This document shows positions 12,569-22,433 of a stretch of DNA of 64,000 bases, piece after piece. The notes beneath the pieces are model-generated. The model did not search any database. It was given only the letters and a program-made list of their open reading frames with translations, and was not told the DNA's origin. This stretch comes from Anaeromyxobacteraceae bacterium (GTDB taxonomy: Bacteria; Myxococcota; Myxococcia; Myxococcales; Anaeromyxobacteraceae), in NCBI GenBank assembly GCA_047602405.1, contig JASGHJ010000002.1:128001-192000 (forward strand), given 5' to 3'. Numbering within the stretch: position 1 is the stretch's first letter; every line of letters begins with the position of its first letter. A program made the translations under genes and the position numbers.

Positions 12569-13441
12569 GTGACCTCGCGAATCCCGAGTGCCCTCGCGGC
12601 CTTCGTGGCCTGCCTCGCCGCCGCCCTCTGCGCGCCTGCGCGCGCGGCGGATTCACCCCCCGTCCCGCCCCTCCCGATCCTCGCCGGCGCGCGGACGGTC
12701 GGCCTGTCGGCGAGCGTGGGCACGTTCTCGGGCAACGACGGCATCTTCGTGAACCCGGCCGCCATCGCGGCCCGGCGCCGGTACTCGATCGAGCTCGGCG
12801 GCCTGCTCGAGCGGCGGGGCGCGGAGTCCCCGGCGCAGGTGCTCCAGGGCTCGGTGGTGGACGCCATCAGCTCGCCCATCGCGGCGGGGCTCGCCTGGGA
12901 CAAGGTGCTGAAGGGCCCCTACGAGGGCTCGGTCATCGACCTCGCGCTCGCGGGCGCAGCCTCCACCGGCGTCTACCTCGGCGCGTCGGCGAAGTATCTC
13001 TCGGTGGACGGCCCCAGGAAGGCGAAGGCGGCGACCGTCGACGCGGGCCTCTTCTGGCAGGTGACCGAGTTCGTCGCCATCGGCGGCGCCGGCTACAACC
13101 TCGTGCCCATCGGCAACGAGGAGCTCGCGCCGCGCATGGCGGGCGCCGGCCTGACCCTCGGCACCGACCGGTTCGCGCAGGTGAGCGCGGAGTGGACCGG
13201 CAACCTCGACGCCCCGAAGACGCTCAACCGGTACGCGGTCGGCGTGGAGGCGCTGCTCGGCAACATGTTCCCGGTCCGCGCCGGGTTCGTGAAGGACGAG
13301 TTCCTCGACACGCGCTGGTGGTCGGCGGGCGTCGGCGTCGTGCAGGGCCGGGTGGGCATCGACCTCGGCTACCGGCAGTCGCTCGACGCGAGCTCCGCGC
13401 GCACCCTCTCGGTGAGCTTCAAGAGCTACTTCACCGAGTGA
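12569..13441 (+). CDS. Putative outer-membrane beta-barrel protein
   Basis: Signal peptide; GARTVGL and FVNPAAI N-terminal motifs (FadL/PorV-like); alternating beta-strand pattern; aromatic C-terminus. Confidence 0.65.
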   Translation: MTSRIPSALAAFVACLAAALCAPARAADSPPVPPLPILAGARTVGLSASVGTFSGNDGIFVNPAAIAARRRYSIELGGLLERRGAESPAQVLQGSVVDAISSPIAAGLAWDKVLKGPYEGSVIDLALAGAASTGVYLGASAKYLSVDGPRKAKAATVDAGLFWQVTEFVAIGGAGYNLVPIGNEELAPRMAGAGLTLGTDRFAQVSAEWTGNLDAPKTLNRYAVGVEALLGNMFPVRAGFVKDEFLDTRWWSAGVGVVQGRVGIDLGYRQSLDASSARTLSVSFKSYFTE

Positions 13442-14259
13442 CCGCCGCCGGCCGGGCCCACGCCCGGCCGCGGCAGCTCGGGCAGCACCACCGGCGCGCC
13501 GGAGGCGGCGTTCTCGCCCCGCCACACCGGGACCCCCCACACCTCGCGGATGAGGTCGCCGCGGAGCACGTCGCGGGGGCGGCCCTCGGCCACCACCCGG
13601 CCACCGTGCACGACCACGATCCGGTCGCACGCCGCGCCGGCGAGGTTGAGGTCGTGCAGCACCGCGATCACCGAGAGGCCGCCCTCGGCCGCCACGCGCG
13701 CCATCCTCATGGCCGCGACCTGGTGGGCGAGGTCGAGGAAGGCGGTGGGCTCGTCGAGGAGCAGCACCCGCGGCTCCTGCGCCAGCGCCCGCGCGAAGAA
13801 GACGCGCCGGCGCTCGCCGCCGGAGAGCGCGTCGAGGCGGCGGTCGGCGAGGCCGACGAGGTCGCAGGCGGCGAGCGCGCCCTCCACCGCGCCGCGGTCG
13901 AACCGGTCCGCGACCGCGAGGAGCCCCTGCCGCGCCGAGCGGCCCATCATCACCGCCTCGCGGACGGTGAACGGCCAGGCCACCTTCGGCTCCTGCGGGA
14001 CGAGCGCGCAGACCTGGGCGACCTCCCGGCGCGGGGCCGCGTGGGGATCGAGCCCGGCGAGGCGCACGGTGCCCGCCCGCGGCGCCGCGAGCCCGGCCAC
14101 GAGCCGGACGAGCGTGGACTTCCCGGCGCCGTTCGGGCCCACGAGCCCCACGAACTCGCCCTCGCGCGCCTGGAAGGAGACCCCCGCGAGCGCCGCCGCG
14201 CAGCCGTAGGCGAAGTGGACGTCCCGGACGTCCACGATGGGAGGGGCGCCGTCGCTCAC
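13426..14259 (-). CDS. Cobalamin/iron-siderophore ABC transporter ATPase (BtuD-like)
   Basis: GPNGAGKST, LSGGERRR, LLLDEPT, VLHDLN; GTG overlaps permease stop. Confidence 0.92.
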   Translation of the reverse strand: MSDGAPPIVDVRDVHFAYGCAAALAGVSFQAREGEFVGLVGPNGAGKSTLVRLVAGLAAPRAGTVRLAGLDPHAAPRREVAQVCALVPQEPKVAWPFTVREAVMMGRSARQGLLAVADRFDRGAVEGALAACDLVGLADRRLDALSGGERRRVFFARALAQEPRVLLLDEPTAFLDLAHQVAAMRMARVAAEGGLSVIAVLHDLNLAGAACDRIVVVHGGRVVAEGRPRDVLRGDLIREVWGVPVWRGENAASGAPVVLPELPRPGVGPAGGGHSVK

Positions 14260-15287
14260 GTCCCCTCCGACCGCTCCTGGTTGCGCAGGAGCCAGAGGAA
14301 GAACGGCCCGCCGAGGAACGCGGTCACGGCGCCCACCGGGGGCTCGGTGCCGAGCGGCAGGAACGCGAGGCGCGCGCCGGCGTCGGCGAGCACGAGGAAC
14401 GCGGCGCCGAAGAGCGCGGACGCGGGCACGAGCCGCCGGTGATCCGGGCCGGTCACCCGCCGCACGAGATGCGGGACGATGAGCCCGACGAAGCCGACCA
14501 TGCCGGCGAGCGCGACCGCCGCGCCGGTGGCGGCGCTCGCGGCGAAGAAGACGAGCGCGCGGGAGCGCGGCACGTCGACGCCCAGCGACGCCGCCTCGTC
14601 GTCGGCGAGGGTCAGGAGGTTGAGGCGCGCCGAGAGCGCGACGAGCGCGCCCACCGAGAGGAGCACGAGCGCCGCGCCGGCGGCGATGGTGGCGGGCGTC
14701 TCGTAGCCGACCGCGCCGAGGAGCCAGTAGAGGAGCCGGCTCGCCTGCTCGGGCGGGACGAGCATCTTGATGAGCGTGATGACGCCCGCGACGAAGGCGT
14801 TGAAGACGATGCCGACGAGGAGCGCCGCCTCCGGGACGAGCCGCCCGCCGACCCGCCCGAGGCCGAACACCAGGAACGTCGAGGCGACCGCGCCCGCCAC
14901 CGCGCCGAGCGCGACCGGCGGCGCCGAGAGGAGCGCGTCCGCTCCGCCGGCGACGAGCCGCGAGACGCCGGCCGCCGCGACGACCACGAGCGTGCCGCCG
15001 AGCGCCGCGCCACCCGAGACGCCGAGCACGAACGGCTCCGCGAGCGGGTTGCGGAGCAGCGCCTGGAGCGCCGCGCCCGCGGCGGCGAGGGCGCAGCCGA
15101 CGAGCGCGGCCACGAGCGCGCGCGGGAGCCTGAGGCCGATCACGATTGACGCGTCGGGGTCGGCCCCGGCGAGCGCGGCCCGGAGCGACACCGGCTGCGG
15201 CCCGAGCGCGACCGAGGCGGCCACGGCGAGGGCGATCGCGAGGAGGCCCGCGGCGGCGAGCAGGGCGATGGGCGGTGACCGGTTCAT
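14256..15287 (-). CDS. FecCD/BtuC family ABC permease
   Basis: LRLPR, QALLRNPLAEPFVLGVSGGA, EAASLGV, GFVGLIVPH. Confidence 0.93.
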   Translation of the reverse strand: MNRSPPIALLAAAGLLAIALAVAASVALGPQPVSLRAALAGADPDASIVIGLRLPRALVAALVGCALAAAGAALQALLRNPLAEPFVLGVSGGAALGGTLVVVAAAGVSRLVAGGADALLSAPPVALGAVAGAVASTFLVFGLGRVGGRLVPEAALLVGIVFNAFVAGVITLIKMLVPPEQASRLLYWLLGAVGYETPATIAAGAALVLLSVGALVALSARLNLLTLADDEAASLGVDVPRSRALVFFAASAATGAAVALAGMVGFVGLIVPHLVRRVTGPDHRRLVPASALFGAAFLVLADAGARLAFLPLGTEPPVGAVTAFLGGPFFLWLLRNQERSEGT

Positions 15288-15472
15288 GCGACGCGGGCCC
15301 CGCGGCCGCCGCGGCGCCACGGCCGGGGGGCGAAGGGGGCCGCATCATGCGCGGGGTGGCCCGGACGGGCAAGGCGCCCGGCGGCTGCGCCCCGGGTCCG
15401 TCCCGCTGCGCCGGACGTCACGTCCCCCCGCGCCGGCCCTCCCGGTTCCGTCCACCGCTCCCTGGAGGCCGC

Positions 15473-16946
15473 ATGCCGACCCCGATCCGACCCGTCCACG
15501 CCCTGGCCCTCTCGCTCGCGCTGGCCGTCCCCGCGGCGCGCGCCGCCGAGGCCGATCGCATCCCCATCACCACCCCGTCCGCCGAGGCGCGGGCGCTCTA
15601 CGTCGAGGGGCGCGCCTTCGCCGAGGCGCTCCGCGCGAACGACGCGCGCCCGCGGTTCGAGGCGGCGATCGCGAAGGACCCCGACTTCGCGCTCGCGCAC
15701 TTCGGCCTCGCCGGCGTCGCCTTCGGCGGGCAGGCGTTCTTCGACAGCTTGAAGCGCGCGGTCGAGCTCGCGCCGAAGGTCTCGTCCGGCGAGCGCCACC
15801 TCATCCTCGCGCTCGCCGCCGGCGCGCGCGGCGATCGCGAGGCGCAGGAGAGGGAGCTCGCCGCGCTGCGGGCGGAGTACCCGAAGGATTCCGCGCGCGC
15901 TCGTGCCGACCGCGAACCTCCGCTTCGGCCAGCAGCGCTACGAGGAGACGGTGAAGCTCTACGAGGAGGTCATCGCGCTCGAGCCGACCTGGGCGTTCCC
16001 CTACAACCAGCTCGGCTACGCGAACCGGTTCCTCGGGCGCTACGACGCCGCCGAGCAGGCCTTCGCGCGCTACGTCGCGCTCGTGCCGAACGACCCGAAC
16101 CCGCACGACTCCCTCGGCGAGCTCTACCTGAAGGCCGGGAAGTTCGAGCAGGGCATCGCCTCGTACCACAAGGCGCTCGAGGTCGAGCCGAGCTTCATCC
16201 CCTCCTACGTCGGCATCGCGAACTGCGAGCTCGGCCTCGGCCGCCCCGCCGCCGCACGCGCGACGCTCGCGAAGCTCCGCGCGCTCGCCCGGAACCCGGG
16301 CGACGTCCGCACGAGCGTGTTCTGGACCGCCGTCGCCTGGCTCCACGAGGGGAAGCCGGACCAGGCGCTCCAGGCGTTCGAGGAGAACCTGAGGCAGTCG
16401 CGCGGCGCCGGCGACCTCGCCAACCACTCGGCCGACCTCGTCGTCGCCGCCAACATCCAGCTCCTCTGGGGCCGGCCGGCGGCCGCCCAGAAGAGCTTCG
16501 AGGCGGCGGTGAAGGCGATGGAGGGCGCCAAGGTGGAGGAGCCCGTGAAGGAGGGCGTGCGGCGGAACCACCGCTTCTTCGCGGGCTGGGTCGCCGCGGT
16601 GAAGGGGGACCTCGCGGCGGCGAGGAAGCACGCCGACGCCTACCGCGCGGCCGCGACCGCGAAGGGGCTGCCCTTCGAGCTCCGCCGCGTGCACGAGCTC
16701 GACGGCCACCTCGCGCTCCTCGGGAAGGACCCCGCGCGCGCGGCCGCCGAGCTCCGGCAGGCCAACCAGAACGACCCGTACGTCCTCGCCCTGCTCGCCC
16801 GGGCCCTCGAGGGAGCGGGCAAGCCCGCCGAGGCGCGCGCCGCCTGGCGGGAGGCCGCCGCGTACAACGAGATCGGGTTCCCGATCTCGTGGGCCTTCGT
16901 CCGCGCCGAGGCGGCGCGGCGCGAGAAGGCGCTCCCGCCGAGCTGA
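15473..16946 (+). CDS. Secreted TPR-repeat protein, one frameshift at ~15889 (probably a sequencing error)
   Basis: RBS GGAGG, signal peptide, IPITT.S.EAR, TPR motifs in two frames; removing one T from GATTC restores PKDPRALVPTANL. Confidence 0.8.
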
Positions 16947-16963
16947 GGGGCGGCCCGCCACCA

Positions 16964-17902
16964 TCACCCGGGGTGGATCATCCGGAACATCCGCTCGAGC
17001 CCGCGCACCATGCGCGGGCCCGCGCGGAGCACGTCGTCGTCCGGGAGGCGCGCGACGGCGCCCTTCCGGACCGCGGGGATGGCGCGCAGCCGGCCGATGC
17101 CCTCGGCCGGCTCGAGCGCCGCGGCGTCGACCACGAGGGCCGGGTCGTCGGCGACCGCCTTCTCGAGCGGGTAGACCGGCCAGGGCCGCTCGCCCTTGAC
17201 GACGTTCTCGGCGCCGGCGATCCGCAACAGCTCGTCCGGGAAGGAGCCCGGCCCCGCCACGACGAGCGGCTCCCGGCCGACGACGAAGAGCACCCGCGGC
17301 CGCGCGAGGCCGGCGGAGGCTCTGCGCACCGCCTCCACCCGCGCCGAGAGCTCGGCCGCGAGCTGCTCGCCTGCCGCCGGCGCGCCGAGCGCGTCGCCCA
17401 CGATGCGCGGCAGCGCGAGCACGTCGGCGACGCTGATGACCGGGATCGCGAGGACGGCGAACGGCCGCCGGGAGGAGAGGGCGAGCTCCGCGATGCGGCG
17501 CACCGCGGGCAGCGCGCCGCCGTCGGTCACCCAGAGCACGAGGTCCGGCGCGAGGCCCACCACGGCCTCCGGGCTCGGGTCGATGAAGCCGCCGACGCGC
17601 GGGAGATCCTTCACCTCCGGCGCGTCGTCGAGCCGGGTCACGCCGACGAGCCGGTCGCGCAGGCCGAGGGCGAGCACGACGTCGGTGAGGCTCGGCGCGA
17701 GCACGACCACCCGGCGCGGCGCGGCGGGCCGCTGGCCGACCCAGAGGCTGCCGCCGTCGGCGGCGCCCTTGCCGGTGGGCTTGAGGAGGTCGCCCCGCGA
17801 CTCCGCGCCCCTCGACTCCGCGGCGCTGCGCGCCGCTACGCTCGGGGTGAGCGGGGCTTGAGCGAAGGCGACGAGCGCCGCGACCGCGAGCGCGCGGATC
17901 AC
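16964..17902 (-). CDS. Periplasmic cobalamin-binding protein (BtuF-like)
   Basis: RVVVLAPSLTDVVLALG, VGGFIDPSPEAVVGLAPDLV, LRAGPR. Confidence 0.9.
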   Translation of the reverse strand: MIRALAVAALVAFAQAPLTPSVAARSAAESRGAESRGDLLKPTGKGAADGGSLWVGQRPAAPRRVVVLAPSLTDVVLALGLRDRLVGVTRLDDAPEVKDLPRVGGFIDPSPEAVVGLAPDLVLWVTDGGALPAVRRIAELALSSRRPFAVLAIPVISVADVLALPRIVGDALGAPAAGEQLAAELSARVEAVRRASAGLARPRVLFVVGREPLVVAGPGSFPDELLRIAGAENVVKGERPWPVYPLEKAVADDPALVVDAAALEPAEGIGRLRAIPAVRKGAVARLPDDDVLRAGPRMVRGLERMFRMIHPG

Positions 17903-19194
17903 GGCGCGGCCCCGCAGGCGAGCGCCGCGGCCCAGTCGAAGAACTGGCCGCCGGTGCAGACGGTCGCCGCGACGGGCGTGCCGCCGGAGGCCGCCACGCG
18001 CGCGACCTGGCCGGAGTACTGGTCGGCCGCGTAGAGCACGCCGCCGCAGAAGGCGAGCGCGCCCGGGACGATCGGGAAGTCGATCGCCGCGCCCACGGCC
18101 GGCGCGGCGCCCCCGACGTCCACCGGGACCACGGTCATCGATCCGCCGCAGGAGACCCAGAGCGTCGCGCCGTCGGCCACGATGGCGCCGGGGTTCGTGC
18201 AGGACGCGCCGAGGTCGACGAACGCCGGCTCCGCCGCGAGCGAGGTCGTGTCGACGACCGCGAGGCGACCGTGCCCGGCCGGGGTCCCGTAGAAGCCGCC
18301 GGCCTCCTTCAGGTTCGCGAGCGTCACGTAGGCCTTCGTGCCGTGCACGGCGACGTCGGCGGGGAAGGGGAGCCCGGGCGCGTCGTAGGCGCCCACCACG
18401 CCGGTCTCCGCCGGCACATTGAGCGCGACGCGGCGGACGATCGCACCGCACGGCGCCGCCGCGCAGGTGGGCGAGCCCGCGACGTCGACGATGGCGATCG
18501 ACTGCCCCTCGTCCCAGGTCGGGGTGATCGCGTCGCCGTAGAGGGCGACGACCGCGCGGTGGTTGGCCGTCACCACGCCGACACCCCGGGGGTTCACCTC
18601 GACGCCGGGCGCGCCGAGCGCGATCTCGTCCACGACGCCCTGGTCCGGGTTCACGACGACGAGCGTGCCGGCGTGGGCGGTCGTGAAGAGCGTCCCCTCG
18701 GACGAGGTGACCGCGTTCAGGTAGTCGCCGCCGAGGGTGTGGCGCAGCTGGCCGGAGACGCCAGGCGTGAAGCCGACGAGCGTCGGCACCGAGAAGCCGT
18801 GCGCCGCCCAGAGCCGGTCGCCGGCCCACGCGAGCGAGACCGGGCCGTCGTCGACGTCGCGCGCCGGCCCCGCGGCCGCGAGCTCGCCGTTCACGCCCAC
18901 CACGCTGTCGGTGGAGAAGCACGCCACGTACAGCGCCGCCTTGCACACGCCGCCCTCGCAGGTCTGGCCCGCGCCGCAGGCCGAGGCGCAGTCGGTGCAC
19001 GCGCCGGCCCGGCAGGCCTCGCCGGCGTTGCAGGTCTTCCCGCACGCGCCGCAGTTCGCGGCGTCGAGCGCCACGTCCACGCAGGCCCCGCCGCAGTCGC
19101 GCTGCCCGGCCGGGCACACGATCTCCTCGTTGCACCCGGCGAGCCCCGCCGCCACCAGCGCCGCCACCATCACGCCCATCACCCCAGCACGCAT
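17899..19194 (-). CDS. Lipoprotein with Cys-rich N-terminal domain and beta-propeller (MXAN_6577-like)
   Basis: Lipobox LAGC; CGGACVD...NCGACG.TC repeats; YncE-like blades (KAYVTLANL, LAVVD, CTNPG). Confidence 0.8.
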   Translation of the reverse strand: MRAGVMGVMVAALVAAGLAGCNEEIVCPAGQRDCGGACVDVALDAANCGACGKTCNAGEACRAGACTDCASACGAGQTCEGGVCKAALYVACFSTDSVVGVNGELAAAGPARDVDDGPVSLAWAGDRLWAAHGFSVPTLVGFTPGVSGQLRHTLGGDYLNAVTSSEGTLFTTAHAGTLVVVNPDQGVVDEIALGAPGVEVNPRGVGVVTANHRAVVALYGDAITPTWDEGQSIAIVDVAGSPTCAAAPCGAIVRRVALNVPAETGVVGAYDAPGLPFPADVAVHGTKAYVTLANLKEAGGFYGTPAGHGRLAVVDTTSLAAEPAFVDLGASCTNPGAIVADGATLWVSCGGSMTVVPVDVGGAAPAVGAAIDFPIVPGALAFCGGVLYAADQYSGQVARVAASGGTPVAATVCTGGQFFDWAAALACGAAP

Positions 19195-19205
19195 CGAAGG
19201 TTCCC

Positions 19206-21200
19206 TCACCGTGTCGTGCCGCCCGCCCGGAGGGTGATCATCACCGTCCGGCCGGGCAGCGGGTTTGCGAAGCCGTCCTGCACGTCCTGCGCGTCCGCCA
19301 CGTTCCGCACCTCGAGGTGCAGGCGGAGCTCCGGGCGGCGCGCGAGCCGCGCCGAGAGCCCCACGTTCGCGGTGGTCGAGGCGCCGATCGACGTGCGCGC
19401 CTCCGCGTCCTTCCACTGCCGGCCGAGGTGCTGCACCTCGGCGTGCGCCTCGAACGCGCCGCGCTCCCCGCCCACCCGGCCGAAGAGCCGGACCCGGGGC
19501 TTGCGCGGCAGGTCGTGGCCGACCTCCTCGGGCTTGCCGCGGAGCGTGCGGCTCGCGAGGAGCGTCGCCGCGCCCTGCGCCGAGAGCCCGAGCGGCCCCA
19601 CCGGCGCGACCGCGGCCTCCGCCTCGAGGCCGCGCACGAGCGCGCGGGCGTCGTTCACCGGGCCGAAGGTGTCGAGGCTGAGCGGCACGTAGACGATCAG
19701 GTCCTCGTAGCGGCTCACGAAGGCGGTGACGCTCGCGAGCGCGAGGCGCCCCTCGGCGACGAGCCCGGCGTCCGCGGAGAGCGCGCGCTCCGGGGTCAGG
19801 TCCGGGTTCGGGCGCAGCGCGGCCTGGGTCAGGTGGAGCTCCGAGAAGCTCGGCGCCCGGAAGGTGCGCCCCGCGCTCGCGCGCAGCGCGAGGGGGCCGC
19901 CGAGCGCGACCGAGGTGCCGAGCTTCGCCGAGAGCCCGTGGAACGGCCCGGCCGCCTCGGCGCGCAGCGCGGGCGCGAGCCGCACGCGGCCGCCCGCCGC
20001 GGTGACCTCGCCCGCCGCCCACGCCGCGAGCTCGGCGCGGGTGCGCGCGTCGCCGAGGCCGGTGCCGGCGAGCCGCTCGCCGCCGGCCGTCGCGCCCGCC
20101 TCGAGCGAGGCCGGGCCGAGCTCGCCGGTCGCCTTCAGCTCGAGCGAGGCGGCCTGGCCGCGCTGCGTGCTCCGGAAGAGCGTGGAGCCGGCGTGGAGGT
20201 CGAGGCCGTCGCCGCGCAGGGCGAGCGTCGCCGCGAGGAGCGCGCCGGCGGGGCCGGGCCGGGCGTGGCGGACGGCGAGCGCGACGCGCCCATCGCGCTG
20301 CAGGTCGATGAGCGGGTCGGAGGCGGTGAGCGGGTTGCCGGGGATCTCGCGCTCCCCGCCGGACGCCTGCAGGAGCACGTCCCAGCGGGCGTCACCCCGG
20401 CGGAGGAACGCCTTCGCGAGGAGGCCGCCGGAGCCGGAGGCGTCGGGGCGGCGGATCACGGTCTCCTCGCCCCCGGGCGTGGACGGCCTCCTGTCATAGG
20501 TGAACGGGAAGTCGCCGCGCGTGCCGGAGAGCGAGAGCGCGGCCGCGAGCCCCCAGCCATTGCCGCCGGTGGACACGTCCGCGCCGGCGGTCCACGTGCG
20601 GAACGAGCCCACGCCGAGCTCGGTCGACCAGGCGTCGCCGCCCGCGGCGCGGGTCACCACGTTCACGACCCCGCCGAGCGCGCCCGCCCCGAAGCGCGCG
20701 CCCTCGGCGCCGCGCACGATCTCCATCGAGGAGACCCAGCCGCGCGGGATGCGGGAGAGGTCCACGCCGCCGCCCGCCGCGGTGTTGAGCGGCATCCCGT
20801 CGAGGAGGACCCGCACGCCGTCGGCGCTCGCGCCGCGGATGGAGACCGTCGCGAGCTGCCCGGGGCCCTGCTCGCGCACCGCGACGCCGGGCGCGGTCGC
20901 GACGAGCTCCGCGACCGCCTTCGCCTCGCCGGCGTAGGCCTCGGCCCGGACCACCGTCGCCGACGAGGTCGGATCGGAGGCCTTCGCGCGCGGGAGCCGC
21001 ACGACCTGCTCCGGCAGCTCGACGGGCGCGTCCCCATCCGTCCCCCCTTCTCCCGGGCTCGTCGGGGGGGGAGGGCGAACGGGTGCCGGGTCGGCGCTCG
21101 GCGGACGCGGCTCGTCGCCGGCGGCCGCGAGCGGGACCGGGAGCAGGGACGAAAGGACGAGGGCGCAGGCGCCCCGCCGGAAGGCGGAATACAGGCTCAA
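19206..21200 (-). CDS. TonB-dependent receptor, cobalamin (BtuB-like)
   Basis: Plug VSIRG...VLLDG...MEIVRG...FGAGALGGVVNVVT; FRAPSFSEL, NPDLTPE, PGRT; downstream of B12 riboswitch; TTG start uncertain. Confidence 0.88.
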   Translation of the reverse strand: MSLYSAFRRGACALVLSSLLPVPLAAAGDEPRPPSADPAPVRPPPPTSPGEGGTDGDAPVELPEQVVRLPRAKASDPTSSATVVRAEAYAGEAKAVAELVATAPGVAVREQGPGQLATVSIRGASADGVRVLLDGMPLNTAAGGGVDLSRIPRGWVSSMEIVRGAEGARFGAGALGGVVNVVTRAAGGDAWSTELGVGSFRTWTAGADVSTGGNGWGLAAALSLSGTRGDFPFTYDRRPSTPGGEETVIRRPDASGSGGLLAKAFLRRGDARWDVLLQASGGEREIPGNPLTASDPLIDLQRDGRVALAVRHARPGPAGALLAATLALRGDGLDLHAGSTLFRSTQRGQAASLELKATGELGPASLEAGATAGGERLAGTGLGDARTRAELAAWAAGEVTAAGGRVRLAPALRAEAAGPFHGLSAKLGTSVALGGPLALRASAGRTFRAPSFSELHLTQAALRPNPDLTPERALSADAGLVAEGRLALASVTAFVSRYEDLIVYVPLSLDTFGPVNDARALVRGLEAEAAVAPVGPLGLSAQGAATLLASRTLRGKPEEVGHDLPRKPRVRLFGRVGGERGAFEAHAEVQHLGRQWKDAEARTSIGASTTANVGLSARLARRPELRLHLEVRNVADAQDVQDGFANPLPGRTVMITLRAGGTTR

Positions 21201-21257
21201 GATTCGCGGGTCTCCTCCGGACCCGGAACGTCCGCCCCGCACCATGCGAGGCTGCTC

Positions 21258-21445
21258 GGAGGGAGGTCTCCTGGCTTCCGGGGCTGCGGAGCGTGCGACC
21301 GCTCCGCGCTCACCCTCCGCCTTCCCACCGCGCGTCGACTTCCGCGCGGCAGTGGCACCGATGGAGGGCGCTTCACCCCGGCTACAGTGGCGGGACCGCG
21401 CCGGACTTGGACCGGCTTCCCTGTTCCTCCGAGCCTTGCTTCGAG
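21258..21445 (-). promoter_or_regulatory. Cobalamin (B12) riboswitch
   Basis: Minus strand reads AGGGAAGCCGGTCCAAGTCCGGCGCGGTCCCGCCACTGTA...GCCACTG...GGGAAGG...AAGCCAGGAGACC; boundaries approximate. Confidence 0.95.
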
Positions 21446-21587
21446 TGCACGAGTATCCCTCGCGCTCCATGTCGTCAAGCGAGGACGCGCGTGCGCCCCG
21501 CAAGCGAGCGGCGCGAGGCCCGAAACCGCGGCCGCCGGAGGTCGCCCGTCGAGGAGGACGCGACGGCCCGGCGGCCGCTGCTCTGAC

Positions 21588-21929
21588 TCAGCGTCGCTGA
21601 GACGCCGAGGCCTGGGACCCCTGCGCCGGGGCGGCGGGGGCGCCGACCACCACGTTGCCCCGCACCTTCGCGAGCCACTTCGGCCCGAGCCCCTTCACCG
21701 AGGTGACCTCCTCGAGCGTCCGGAACGGCGCCTTCGAGCGCCGCTCCACGATGGCCTTCGCCTTCCTCTCGCCGACGCCGGGCAGGCGCATGAGCTCGGC
21801 CACCGGCGCGCGGTTGAGGTCGATGCGCTCGCCCGGCGGCAGCGACTTCTTCGCGGCGGCGGGCGAGGCGACTGCGAGCGCGGCGGCGGCCGCGAGCGCG
21901 CCGAGCGCGCGGAGCGCGGCGCGGGTCAC
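21588..21929 (-). CDS. comEA: ComEA-family helix-hairpin-helix DNA-binding protein
   Basis: Signal peptide; IDLNRA..ELMRLPGVGERKAKAIVERR..PF..LEEV..VKGLGPK; GTGA overlap with upstream gene. Confidence 0.88.
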   Translation of the reverse strand: MTRAALRALGALAAAAALAVASPAAAKKSLPPGERIDLNRAPVAELMRLPGVGERKAKAIVERRSKAPFRTLEEVTSVKGLGPKWLAKVRGNVVVGAPAAPAQGSQASASQRR

Positions 21930-22192
21930 GTGCGCACCTCCTCGAACGGCTCCTCCTGCCGGGCCCGGGCGCCGGGCACGCCGCGCGCCGCGTCCTCCTT
22001 GATCTCCCGGACCTGGAGCTTGTTCGTCCCGAGCGGCAGAGAGTCCAGCAGGATGGAGAGGCTGCCGTCGCGGTTGGTGAAGGCGACCCCGATGCGGGTC
22101 CAGAAGCCCTTCCCGTTCGTCTTGTCCTCGTCCTTCGGGATCGCCCACACGCCCAGCCGGCGCCCGGGGTTCCTCGCCATGATGTCGTCCAT
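21926..22192 (-). CDS. Small conserved hypothetical protein (WxRIGxAFxNRDGS motif)
   Basis: 88 aa, RBS GAGG, biased codons, FWTRIGVAFTNRDGSLSILLDSLP. Confidence 0.8.
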   Translation of the reverse strand: MDDIMARNPGRRLGVWAIPKDEDKTNGKGFWTRIGVAFTNRDGSLSILLDSLPLGTNKLQVREIKEDAARGVPGARARQEEPFEEVRT

Positions 22193-22297
22193 CGGGTCCT
22201 CTCTTCCGTGCTTCCGTTCTCGTTCCGTGGGTTCGCTGCGGCCGGGGTTCGCCCCGGTGCGGCGGCGGCGCACGTTGCGCCGCCGGAGAATCCGCAT

Positions 22298-22313
22298 AGC
22301 AGCGGGCGTGCCG
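22298..22313 (-). promoter_or_regulatory. Putative sigma54 (-24/-12) promoter
   Basis: Minus strand CGGCACG-CCCG-CTGCT, GG-N10-GC spacing, vs consensus TGGCACG-N4-TTGCW. Confidence 0.6.
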
Positions 22314-22433
22314 ACGCCAAGCGCCCGGAATCACGAGGGGTGGAATCCGAACAGGGGTTCAGGCGCGGACCATGGTCCGCGCCGCGGACCACGAGCGAGG
22401 GCGCGGGCGCCGCGGGGACGCTAGAACGGGGAC

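Noticed and set aside
21452..21478. TTGACG...GATACT promoter upstream of the B12 riboswitch
   Set aside because: Spacer is only 15 nt, so the exact promoter cannot be supported
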